From positions 6,200,001 to 6,264,000 of the forward strand of contig OX597841.1 of assembly GCA_951406725.2 (NCBI GenBank): a stretch of 64,000 bases of DNA. The letters are read 5' to 3'. Position numbers and translations under genes: made by a program. The stretch is from Octopus vulgaris. Taxonomy: Eukaryota. The notes below the pieces were generated by a model. That model saw only the letters and a program-made list of their open reading frames with translations. It did no database searches and was not told the origin of the DNA. Below are positions 22,915-34,472 of this stretch, in pieces; the stretch's first letter is position 1, and the number at the start of each line of letters is the position of its first letter.

Positions 22915-24145
22915 GAGGGGCTGTGTGGTAAGTAGCTTGCTAACCAACCACATGGTTCCGGGTTCAGTCCCACTGCGTGGCATCTTGGGCAAGTGTCTTC
23001 TGCTATAGCCCCGGGCCGACCAAAGCCTTGTGAGTGGATTTGGTAGACGGAAACTGAAAGAAGCCCGTCGTATATATGTATATATATATATATGTATGTT
23101 TGTGTGTCTGTGTTTGTCTCACTAGCATTGCTTGACAACCGATGCTGGTGTGTTTACGTCCCCATTACTTAGCGGTTCGGCAAAACAGACCGATAGAATA
23201 AGTACTGGGCTTACAAAAAATAAGTCCCGGGGTCGATTTGCTCGACTAAAGGCGGTGCTCCAGCATGGCCGCAGTCAAATGACTGAAACAAGTAAAAGAG
23301 TGAAAAGAGTATATGTGAGAGTGAGATAGAAACAAAGAAGGTATCAGGTGGTCGTGGGTTGTACTCTTTTACTTGCTTCAGTCGTTTGACTGCGGCCATG
23401 CTGGAGCACCGCCTTTAGTCAAGAAAATCGACCCCCAGGACTTATTCTTTGTAAGCCCAGTACTTATTCTATCGGTCTCTTTTGCCGAACCGCTAAGTTA
23501 CGGGGGCGTAAACACACCAGCATCTGTTTTTGAACTGTCAGAGTTATTTTCGCGATTTATCCAGTACAACGCTTAAACACATAGATGGTATTTTCCTAAA
23601 CAATAGATCCAGCTATTTCGGTTAGGGACTTATTCACGAATATACCAATACTAGCACCACTAGTACTAATATTTTCTGGGAATGCACAAAAGCCCTTTTC
23701 AGAGTTACTTATTTTGAATTGTTATTACCTCATACTTGATTAGCCCGTTATTAGATAACGAGCTTCAAGACTTTAGTATACATACCTTACTCTTTACTCT
23801 TTTACTTGTTTCAGTCATTTGACTGCGGCCATGCTGGAGCACCGCCTTTAATTGAGCAAATCAACCCCGGGACTTATTCTATCGGTCTCTTTTGCCGAAC
23901 CGCTAAGTGACAGGGATGTAAACACACCAGCATCAGTTGTCAAGCAATGCTAGGGGGACAAACACACATACATATATATATACGGCAGGCTTCTTTCAGT
24001 TTCCGTCTACCAAATCCACTCACAAGGCATTGGTCGGCCCGGGGCTATAGTAGAAGACACTCGCCCAAGATGCCACGCAGTGGGACTGAACCCGGTACCA
24101 TGTGGTTGGTTAGCAAACTACTTACCACACAGCCACTCCTGCGCC

Positions 24146-24179
<34 letters not shown>

Positions 24180-24637
24180 TAAAAAACGACAGGCTTCTTT
24201 CAGTTTCCGTCTAATTGTTTCATTATATAGGCGCAGGAGTGGCTGTGTGGTAAGTAGCTTGCTTACCAGCCACATGGTTCCAGGTTCAGTTCCACTGCGT
24301 GGCACCTTGGGCAAGTGTCTTCTACTATAGCCTCAGGCCGACCAATGCCTTGTGAGTGGATTTGGTAGACGGAAACTGAAAGAAGCCCGTCGTGTATATA
24401 TGTATATATATATATGCGTGTGTTTGTGTGTCCATGTTTGTCCCCCTAGCATTGCTTGACAACTGATGCTGGTGTGTTTACGTCCCCGTTACTTAGCGGT
24501 TCGACAAAAGAGACCGATAGAATAAGTACTGGGCTTACAAAAGAATAAGTCACGGGGTCGATTTGCTCGACTAAAGGCGGTGCTCCAGCATGGCTGCAGT
24601 CAAATGACTGAAACAAGTAAAAGAGTAAAGAGTAAAG
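22915..24637. mobile_element. Cluster of four family A SINEs in alternating orientation
   Basis: Copies at 22915-23310 (+), 23362-23525 (-, tail only), 23788-24146 (-) and 24228-24637 (+). Confidence 0.85.
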
Positions 24638-24730
24638 ACAAACATATCTTTCAGTTGCAGTAGACTATGCATTGCATTGTATGCAATTATGCATCCAAGT
24701 TGCAGCAATTTCATCAAGGGTCTATGTTGT

Positions 24731-25277
24731 TTAATAACTTCCCCCACTGATATAGGCTTACCTGTACAAATGTACACCTCCACCTGCCCCTACAGACATT
24801 GTTTCCTCATACCTGTCAGGAAAATGACTGCAACAAAGAATAAAAGATCAGGGAGTAGAAATGAAGATTGGAAAGCAGAAACCTGCAGCCTCGATTGGAA
24901 GGGGAACAATACAGCCCCTGATTATAAGGGAGTTGGCAGTGCAAACGTGGTTTTATGTTGTTTAATAAAAGAAAGTTTTTCACTAAAGAATCAAAATGGA
25001 AAGAATCACATCAACTGACCAGAAAATATAATGCAACAAATTATTAAAATGAAAGGATTTTAATTTCCAAATTCAGAACATTTTTAACAAAATATTTTAA
25101 ATTGACCAAAAAATATTTCCTCACAAATTTCAATGATAAAGTTTTGCCTAAATTTCTCAGTGATTTCTGTTTTTGCTGGATCTGAATTATTAACAGAAAG
25201 AAAAGGAAAGTCTGCTTTTTACATTGAATGTTCTTTGCTTGTTTCTGATTTCATCATTGAATAATTTGTGGTTTTTA
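24731..25277. repeat. Cluster-specific downstream repeat (~550 bp)
   Basis: Near-identical to 32763-33310 and 42391-42752, and inverted to 10925-11465; always 3' of a ZF gene in the same relative orientation. Confidence 0.85.
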
Positions 25278-25290
25278 TGATACTCTAACG

Positions 25291-25696
25291 AATCATCATC
25301 ATCATCGTTTAACGTCCGCTTTCCATGCTAGCATGGGTTGGACGGTTCGACCAGGAGGCTGCACCAGGTTCCAATCTTGATCTGGTAGAGTTTCTACAGC
25401 TGGATGCCCTTCCTAACGCCAACCACTCCGTGAGTGTAGTGGATGCTTTTTACGTGCCACCGACACAGACATTATATATATATATATGCCAGACTCCCCT
25501 GGCACCTGTGCCGGTGGCACGTAAAAAGCACCCACTACACTCGCGGAGTGGTTGGCGTTAGGAAGGGCATCCAGCTGTAGAAACACTGCCAGATCAGACT
25601 GGAGCCTGGTGCAGCCCCTGGCTTCCCAGATCCCGGTCGAACCGTCCAACCCATGCTAGCATGGAAAACGGACGTTAAACGATGATGATGATGATG
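25291..25696. mobile_element. Inverted pair of RTE 3'-end fragments
   Basis: Minus copy 25291-25468 and plus copy 25500-25696, each with a (GAT)n tail. Other short copies at ~2598-2745, 2975-3095, 10255-10355, 16186-16258, 19488-19684 and 33792-33892. Confidence 0.75.
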
Positions 25697-25952
25697 TATG
25701 TATGTATGTAAGTGTGTGTGTGTCTGTTTCTATGAATCTGGGTTGATGCCTGATTGTTTTGACATCACAAAATTGTCACCCTCACACAAGCATTTCCAAT
25801 CCTTTGTGAAAACCTAAGTTGGAAGGGCATCCACTAGCAAGAAATGTGCCTCAGCAAATTCTATCTGACCCATGCATATATGGAAAGGTGCACGTTAAAA
25901 TCTTGAGGTTTTCTCTGATGATTCAACAAGAAGCTTGCTTCCCAATCTATAC

Positions 25953-25998
<46 letters not shown>

Positions 25999-26041
25999 CA
26001 ATATCTCTCTCTATATATATACATATATATGCATGTATGTG

Positions 26042-26075
<34 letters not shown>

Positions 26076-26284
26076 ATTATAATAAGGGTTTTTTGCAACA
26101 AGTTGCTTAAATCACATACCGAAAATATTAGAAATAGCAGTCAAAGGGCTACCATTTCTATTACTACAATATATATATAACTTTATAAATTTTTACCGAA
26201 TATGGTTCTTTTGCATACTGAAATACTACTAGGTGAAATTTATTGATTTTATTAAATCAATTATATTTCACCCTTTATCTGTAT

Positions 26285-26323
<39 letters not shown>

Positions 26324-26660
26324 TAAGTATAGGAAATTTTCTGTTGTGAGTTTGCTACCCAGGTATCGGTTATCTTTCGAATTATCCGTAATAAGATAAT
26401 TCATTTGTCTACTTAAATAATTATATATATATATGCAGCTGTGTGTTTGTGTCCATATTTATTCCCCGCCACTGCTTGAGATCTGGTGTTGGTGTCTTTA
26501 AGTCACAATAACTTAGCAGTTCGGCAAAAGATAAGGATAGAATAAATACCAGGTTTGAAAAAGGAACGATAATTGGAGTCAATTCATTCGATTAAAAATT
26601 ACTTGAGGCATTGTCCCAGTATCCGTGGGGTCTACTGGCCGAAACACATAAAAGGTAAAT

Positions 26661-28066
26661 AGGCGCAGGAGTGGCTGTGTGATAAGTAGATGCTTACCAA
26701 CCACATGGTTTTGGGTTCAGTCCCACTGCGTGGCACCTTGGGCAAGTGTCTTCTACTATAGCCTCAGGCCGACCAAAGCCTTTTGAGTGGATTTGGTAGA
26801 CGGAAACTGAAAGAAGCCCGTCGTATATATGTATATGTATATATATATAGGCGCAGGAGTGGCTGTGTGGTAAGTAGCTTGCTTACCAACCACATGGTTC
26901 CGGGTTCAGTCCCACTGCATGGCACCTTGGGCAAGTGTCTTCTACTATAGCCTCAGGCCGACCAAAGCCTTTTGAGTGGATTTGGTAGACGGAAACTGAA
27001 AGAAGCCTGTCGTATATATGTATATGTATATATATATAGGCGCAGGAGTGGTTGTGTGGTAAGTAGCTTGCTTACCAACCACATGGTTCCGGGTTCAGTC
27101 CCACTGCGTGGCACCTTGGGCAAGTGTCTTCTACTATAGCCTCGGGCCGACCAAAGCCTTGTGAGTGGATTTGGGAGACGGAAACTGAAAGAAGCCCGTC
27201 GTATATATGTGTGTGTATATGTTTGTATGTCTGTGTTTGTCCCCCTAGCATTGCTTGACAACTGATGCTGGTGTGTTTACATCCCCGTCACTTAGCGGTT
27301 CGGCAAAAGAAACCGATAGAATAAGTCCTGGGGTCGATTTGCTTTACTAAAACAAGTAAAAGAGTAAAGAGGGTTCCTGCCTAAAACTGAATGGTGAATA
27401 CATTTTGACATTTTTCTCCAGGAAGTATTTCTGGATTACAAGACCAGAAGTCAGAGAATAATTTCCAAAATACTTCCCACGGATAAGTTCTCTCTATTCA
27501 ACTCTTCTTCATTAAATTGAAGACTGACTTTAACACTGAATAATTCCTCCTTTATATAGTTTTTCTGTCCAGTTTAACTTCCACTATAGCCTTGGGCTAA
27601 CCAAAGCCTTGTGAGTGGATTTGGTAGGTGGAAACTGAAAGAAGCCTGTCATATATATATTTTACTCTTTTACTTGTTTCAGTCATTTGACTGCGGCCAT
27701 GCTGGAGCACCGCCATTTTAATCGAGCAACTCCACCCCGGGACTTATTCTTTGTAAGCCCAGTACTTATTCTATCGATCTCTTTTTGCCGAACCGCTAAG
27801 TGACGGGGACATAAACACACCAGCATCTGCTGTCAAGCAATGCTAGGGGGACAAACACAGACACAAACATATACACACGCATATATATATATACATATAT
27901 ACGACAGGCTTCTTTCAGTTTCCGTCTACCAAATCCACTCACAAGGCTTTGGTCGGCCTGGGGCTATAGCAGAAGACACTTGCCCAAGGTGCCACGCAGT
28001 GGGACTGAACCCGGAACCATGTGGTTGGTTAGCAAGCTACTTACCACGCAGCCACTCCTGCGCCTA
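26661..28066. mobile_element. Family A SINEs: three-headed plus copy (26661-27370) and full minus copy (27661-28066)
   Basis: Repeated ~188-nt heads and shared tail sequence. Confidence 0.85.
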
Positions 28067-28279
28067 TATATATATGTATATGAAGCTATGTGTGTGAGTT
28101 TCTATGTGTTCTACGTTTGTCCTGCTACACTGCTTGACAACTGGTGTTGGTATGTTTATATCCCTGTAACTTAGCAGTTCAGCAAAACGTACACATAGAC
28201 TAAGTGCCAAGTGTAAAAAGACACAAAAGTGCTGGGGTCAATTCATTCGACTAAAACCTTGTGGAAAATGGATTGAGTA

Positions 28280-28678
28280 ATCCATATTCTGAGCGCCTTG
28301 TTTCCCTGGGCATGGATTCACTGAAGCTCCGGCGTCTGGCAACGGACTTGGTAAACACCCACAAAGTTATCAACCACCTCACCAACAACAACACTGAACA
28401 CCTTTTTGATCTCCATGTGTCCAACACGCGTGGACATGCCTACAAGGTCAGAAAACAACACAGCTCCCATGACTTTCGGAAACATTTTTTCACGCTCAGA
28501 GTTGCTGAAGCATGGAACAAACTGCCTGCGTCAGTTGTTGACTGCCATGACACTGCATCTTTTAAGGCCCTCATGCTTTCCGAAATACGCCGAAACTACA
28601 CCTGATTATACATACACTTTAGATGAGTTGTAGTGCACCTGAGCACTGTACACAATTATTATTATTATTATTATTATC
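28280..28678 (+). mobile_element. CR1-type LINE 3' fragment with (ATT)n tail
   Basis: CR1 ORF2 C-terminal motifs followed by a 3' UTR ending in ATTATTATT. Confidence 0.8.
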
Positions 28679-28835
28679 CACAAGTTCACAAATAGGAATG
28701 CCCAGAATATTTTGGAGAAAAAACTTCTCCTAAACAAGAGATCAACAAGATTCAAAGATAAGAAATGATGAGAAATGAGAATTATTTCCATCATATTTCC
28801 CCCAAGTTAAAATGTTCTCCACAGAAAAGGATTTA

Positions 28836-30833
28836 TCATATTCCACAGTTAAGAGATTTCCTTCCTCTGTGAATCCTTTTGTGTTGTGTTAAGTTACTGC
28901 TAGTGGCAAAAGATTTTCCACAGATTTCACAGCGGAAAGGTTTTTCCCCTGTATGGATTCTTCTATGCTTCGTTAAGCTACTGCTATAATTAAAAGATTT
29001 CCCACATATCTGACAGCCAAATGGTTTCTCCCCTATATGTCTTCTTTGGTGTTTCGTTAAGATACTGTTAGACACAAACGATGTCCCGCAGATTTCACAG
29101 TGGAAAAGTTTTTCTCTTGTGTGGACACGTTTGTGAATTACAAGATGATAACTCTGAAAAAAAGATTTTCCACATACTTCGCAGAGGAAAGGCTTTTCTC
29201 CAGTATGGCCACGTTTGTGACATATGAGATGGGAATTCTGAGAAAAAGATTTTCCGCATATTTCACAGTGGAAAGGTTTCTCCCCAGTATGCAGTCGTTC
29301 ATGCCTCGTTAAGTCACTGCCACAAACGAAAGTTTTCCCACAGATTTGACAGCGAAATGGTTTCACTCCTGAATGGATTCGTTTGTGTTTTGTTAAGTTG
29401 CCATTGTAGGCAAACAATGTGCCGCATATTTCACAACGATATGGTTTTTCCCCAGTGTGACTCTGCTGATGTCTGACAAGAGTAGAATTTTGAGTGAAAC
29501 ACTTCCCGCAGATTTCACAGCGAAGCAGTTTTCGTCCAGAGTCATTCAATTTGCACGTATTTAAGAGGCTGTTACCAACGAAGGGTTCCCCAAATATTTC
29601 ATGGAAAGGCTTCTCTTCAGCGTGACTTCGTTTGTGAACAACAAGAAGAGAATTATCGGAGAAAGATTTCTCACACACTTCACAACGGTAGGGATTTTCT
29701 CCAGTGTCACTACGTTGGTGTTCAACGAGGCATGGTTTATCAGCAAATGATTTTCCGCCTATTTCAAAGCGATAAATATTTTCTCCAGTGTGACTAAGTT
29801 TGTGACGAACCAAATTAAAATTAACAGAGAATGATTTACCACAGATATCACAATGATGTGGTTTCTCCCCGGTATGTGTTCGCCTATGTTTCTTTAAAGC
29901 ACTATTACAGAAAAAATAATTTCCACATATCTCACAATCATAGGATTTTTCCCCCGTGTGGATCCGTTTGTGTTTCGTTAAGCCACTGTTATCAGTAAAG
30001 CTTTTCCCACACGTTTCACAGTGGAATGGTTTTTCACTTGAATGTGTTCTTAAATGTCTGTTTAAATCACAGTTAAAACGAAAATATTTCGGACATATTT
30101 CACAATGGAGTAATTTTTCTCCAGTGTGGAGTCTTTTGTGAAATGTTAGCTCACTTTTACAGATAAATGATTTTGCACATATTTCACACTTGAATGGTTT
30201 CTCCCCAGTGTGACGACGTGTGTGTAGAACAAGATCAGAATTGTTAAGAAATGATCTCCCGCAGATCTCACAACTAAACGGTTTCTCACCACTATGGATT
30301 CGTTTATGTCTGTTTAAATCACTGTTAGATAGAAAATATTTCTGACAAATTTCACAATGAAATAATTTTCCTCCAGAGTGGATTCTTTTGTGAATTTTTA
30401 GTACACTTTTACAGACAAATGATTTCGCACAAATTTCACACTTGAATGGTTTTTCCCCAGTGTGACTACGAGTGTGTATTGCAAGATGAGAATTGCATTG
30501 AAACGATTTTCCACAGATCTCACAATGAAACAGTCTTGCTCCAGTGTGTATCCGTTTGTGTTTTGTTAAGACATCTTCAGAGACAAAATATTTCCCACAT
30601 ATTTCACAATTATAGGATTTTTCCTTATTGTGTATTTCTTTGTGTTTAAAGACTTCTTGCTCCGAAGAGAATGTCTTCCTACAAACATCACATTTATATT
30701 CGGTGATATTTCCCTGTCTCGATCTTTCTTTAGTAAATACTTCACCATTAACAGTTTTCTCATCCCCGTCTGTCTCTCTATCTGTATCTGTATCGTTCAA
30801 AACAATTGTGTCCAAGTGATCAACGTTCTCCAT
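28836..30833 (-). CDS. C2H2 zinc-finger protein (ZF4), 665 aa, about 22 finger units (2 degenerate)
   Basis: Intact ORF; two internal units have lost Cys/His ligands (YRFEIGGKSF, FHEIFGEPF). Confidence 0.93.
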   Translation of the reverse strand: MENVDHLDTIVLNDTDTDRETDGDEKTVNGEVFTKERSRQGNITEYKCDVCRKTFSSEQEVFKHKEIHNKEKSYNCEICGKYFVSEDVLTKHKRIHTGARLFHCEICGKSFQCNSHLAIHTRSHTGEKPFKCEICAKSFVCKSVLKIHKRIHSGGKLFHCEICQKYFLSNSDLNRHKRIHSGEKPFSCEICGRSFLNNSDLVLHTRRHTGEKPFKCEICAKSFICKSELTFHKRLHTGEKLLHCEICPKYFRFNCDLNRHLRTHSSEKPFHCETCGKSFTDNSGLTKHKRIHTGEKSYDCEICGNYFFCNSALKKHRRTHTGEKPHHCDICGKSFSVNFNLVRHKLSHTGENIYRFEIGGKSFADKPCLVEHQRSDTGENPYRCEVCEKSFSDNSLLVVHKRSHAEEKPFHEIFGEPFVGNSLLNTCKLNDSGRKLLRCEICGKCFTQNSTLVRHQQSHTGEKPYRCEICGTLFAYNGNLTKHKRIHSGVKPFRCQICGKTFVCGSDLTRHERLHTGEKPFHCEICGKSFSQNSHLICHKRGHTGEKPFLCEVCGKSFFQSYHLVIHKRVHTREKLFHCEICGTSFVSNSILTKHQRRHIGEKPFGCQICGKSFNYSSSLTKHRRIHTGEKPFRCEICGKSFATSSNLTQHKRIHRGRKSLNCGI

Positions 30834-30972
30834 ATTATTTCTTGAGCAATTCTTAAAAAGCTGACAAACGTCTGTGAGTTAATTTATTGTGGTTCAATTT
30901 CTTGTCTCAGATATCACAGTCCTCCGTTTACAAGTGTGGAACAGATGCAACGTAGATGTATTTCCTACTCAC

Positions 30973-31071
30973 CAGTAGAATGTTTGGTATAAAGTCCAAA
31001 TGAAGAGTGGAGAAGGCTGAACAAAGTTCGTTGATTGATTTGTTGTTGATTAAAAGCCATTTCCTCCTTTT
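30973..31071 (-). other. Upstream mini-exon of ZF4 (ATG at 31060, in frame after splicing)
   Basis: AG/GT boundaries; intron 30872-30972; 88+38 nt is a multiple of 3. Confidence 0.65.
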
Positions 31072-31442
31072 CTGTAAAATAGAGGAAAACCAATTAACGA
31101 TTTAAAGCTTTGATCAAATGAAATAATTAATCTGGGACAGTGGAATGTTTGCTTTGGTTTTATCGAGTTGGGTCGAACGAACCCCTAAAAACCAGACTTG
31201 TTCGTAGCCCTGTCTTATCCGCAAACGGTAACGTTCACCTCAACATGAGATAATGACTACGAATGATTTAATTAGATTTAATTAAGAAAATTAGAAACAC
31301 GGTAGACGGTGTCGATGATACTTTTTCCCTTGTTTGAATATAAGCGGTGACGAAAATAAAAATCCCCACTCAAAAATAAACGTTTGGTTAGAATATAGTT
31401 TTCAACTGGAAATGAGTACGCTTCGGATATTATAGCAATGTA

Positions 31443-31870
31443 CCGTAAATCCTCGAGTATAGTCCGCCCAGGGGATTTTTAGGGGTCTGTACCTCTGAAA
31501 AACCTAAACCTTGTGTATAATACGCACCCCTTCTCTAACTTGAGTCAAGGAGATCTATATAACATATTTTATTATTATTGTATATATAACATAAAATAAA
31601 GAAATAACAGTAATAATGTTTAATAAATGTTGCTTACTGCAAGTTATGGATGATTCTTTTATGACTTCATTGCTTTCAGGCTTAGCTGAAGGTATTTTAG
31701 CGCCCGACATCACAAAATGCGTCTGAATAAACATTGCCGGACAGCAAATAGAGACTTGGACATTGCTTAGAAAATAATTGTCATTTTTGAACCTCGTATA
31801 TAGTACGCACTAGGGATTTTGACCTTTAAATTTTGGGGGAAAAAAGCAGATTATACTCGAGGATTTACGG
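31443..31870. mobile_element. Complete Tc2/pogo-like MITE
   Basis: 19-bp perfect TIR CCGTAAATCCTCGAGTATA with TA on both flanks. Confidence 0.85.
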
Positions 31871-34472
31871 TATATGAGGGCAGCTCCCGACTTTAAGTGG
31901 GTGGCGGAAGGCCTGGTTTCAGGCCCCACCTTCCGAGTTCTTTTAGATGACCTAGAAAAACTGAAGATCGGCTGCACTGAATGAATGTGAGAAGGGGACA
32001 TTGAATAAAATCCTAAATAACTGATCCACTTGTACTTTCTTTTCCTAAAGCCAGTAACATTTCTTCACCCCTTCTACAATACGCTACGTAACTTTGTTTA
32101 TATATTTACATATATATAAACTTCTTTTTCTGTAAGTGATTCTAGCTTTTGAAGCTGTCCAATTTGTTTCTGTTTACAAGTTTTATACGTTCAAATCATT
32201 CCACACGAGCTGGAATCGTTTTCTTTATTTTTCGCGTTTGTCTCTCATAAATGCTTTTCTAATCTACAGTGGAGAAGGCTAGCCACTGGATTTGGTTAAA
32301 AAGAGACGATGAGCGATGGCTAGAAGGATATTGAGCTTAACTTCATAACCAGCTGATCTAGCAAGCGGGGCCTCATATCAGTGAGGGGGGCCGTCGAGAG
32401 GTAGGCCCCGAAATGGCTCGCATTCTCTCCTGATGACCCCATACACTTGCTAGCTTCCGGTATACGGAGCTTTTAACTGGTAGCTCTTGCCTGTGCAAGT
32501 AGTTTGCAAGACATCCAACAGATATTCCACAGCATCTCTGCTTCGTTGTTCTTTTTGTCTTTCGTATTTGAAAGTTCATTCTAATCTTGACTTCCATTTC
32601 ATAAAATGCAATGTGTTCCCCATCGCTCAGGCCGGCAGAGGGAAACTTTAGCCAGAAACGGAGTTGGAGGGAGTGAGAGTGAGAGATGCCCAGGGCAGGT
32701 GAACCGTTGCCATAGGTTGCACTCAGAAGCCGTTGTGCAAATTTTTATTGTTGATAGTATTTACTTTAATAACTTCCCCCACTGATATAGGCTTACCTGT
32801 ACAAATGTACACCTTCACCTGCCCCTACAGACATTGTTTCCTCATACCTGTCAGGAAAATGACTGCAACAAAGAATAAAAGATCAGGGAGTAGAAATGAA
32901 GATTGGAAAGCAGAAACCTGCAGCCTCGATTGGAAGGGGAACAATACAGCCCCTGATTATAAGGGAGTTGGCAGTGCAAACGTGGTTTTATGTTGTTTAA
33001 TAAAAGAAAGTTTTTCACTCAAGAATAAAAATGGAAAGAATTACATCAACTGACCAGAAAATATAATGCAACAAATTATTAAAATGAAAGGATTTTAATT
33101 TCCAAATTCAGAACATTTTTAACAAAATATTTTAAATTGACCAAAAAATATTTCCTCACAAATTTCAATGATAAAGTTTTGCCTAAATTTCTCAGTGATT
33201 TCTGTTTTTGCTGGATCTGAATTATTAACAGAAAGAAAAGGAAAGTCTGCTTTTTACATTGAATGTTCTTTGCTTGTTTCTGATTTCATCATTGAATAAT
33301 TTGTGGTTTTATGCTGGTCTAAGGAATATAAAGAATAAATTTTTATTTAAAATGATTTTGAATTTCCTGTGGTTTTAATTAAAAATTTGTGATAGACGAG
33401 GTAAAGTGAAAAGGTTTCACTTGGACGAATCTCTCTCCAGCTGTTGGTTTCATATTCCAACATGACCACCATTACAGAATTTAGACACTTTTCTAAACCA
33501 TACCGTGTTGATATCGGTTTCAGTCCGACTATGAGATGTCTTGGACAAGTGTTCTATATTATTATAGCAGACGGAGAAAAGAACTTGTGAGATGCAAACA
33601 GAAAGAAACATGTATATTAAATAAAGATAGTTGTGGCTGGCCTCGCTGTAAAGCTAAGCCCTTCATGCACTCAAATCCCTGTGTAAAACCATACACTGCC
33701 CATAACTACCTTTGTCTAATTACTCTATGACTTGGAGTATACTTCTCTTTTCTATTCATGATTTACTGAAATTATACACACACACATAAATATCATCATC
33801 ATTTAATGTCCGTTTTCCATGCTAGCATGGGTTGGACAGTTCGACCAGGGTCTGGGAAGCCAGGAGGCTGCACCAGGCTCCAGTCTGATCTATATTATTA
33901 TACCAGACTGAGGAAAGGCGTTAGATAACTTGCCAGATGCAGACACAAAGAAACCTATTTACACACATACATATATATTAGATGAAGATAGTTATGGCTG
34001 TTCTATGGGGTTACCCAGGGTTCTGCATCCAGAAAATACACAGCACTACACCACCCCTTCAGACACTAACAGCCGGTGGCCTATCACACTGGCCATAACG
34101 ATCTCTATCTAATTACATTACTGCTTGAGAATGTGATTGGTGATTGCCTGAGGCAGTGGTCATTCTTTTTACGCGTTGCCCTCGTCCGCACTGGTCACAA
34201 TTTTTGAGCTCCTTGCTCTACCGACCCAGTGTTCATTGTCCTTTACAAGTTTTCATTTCTCTTTCGCATTCCCCATTCTTGTCTTGTCCAGCAGCCCAAA
34301 GGCTTTTCTTGCTCTCTATCGACTATTTTCATTTAATCGTTGTTTTCCTGGGGCCCTAAACCTTTATTCTGCTCATTATTTTGTCCTTCATTCGTTTACT
34401 AACGTTTTCGTCTCAAACCGATCTCGTTTTCTTATGTTTTGGTCCCATTCCTGGCAAGTTTTTAAGGATTTA

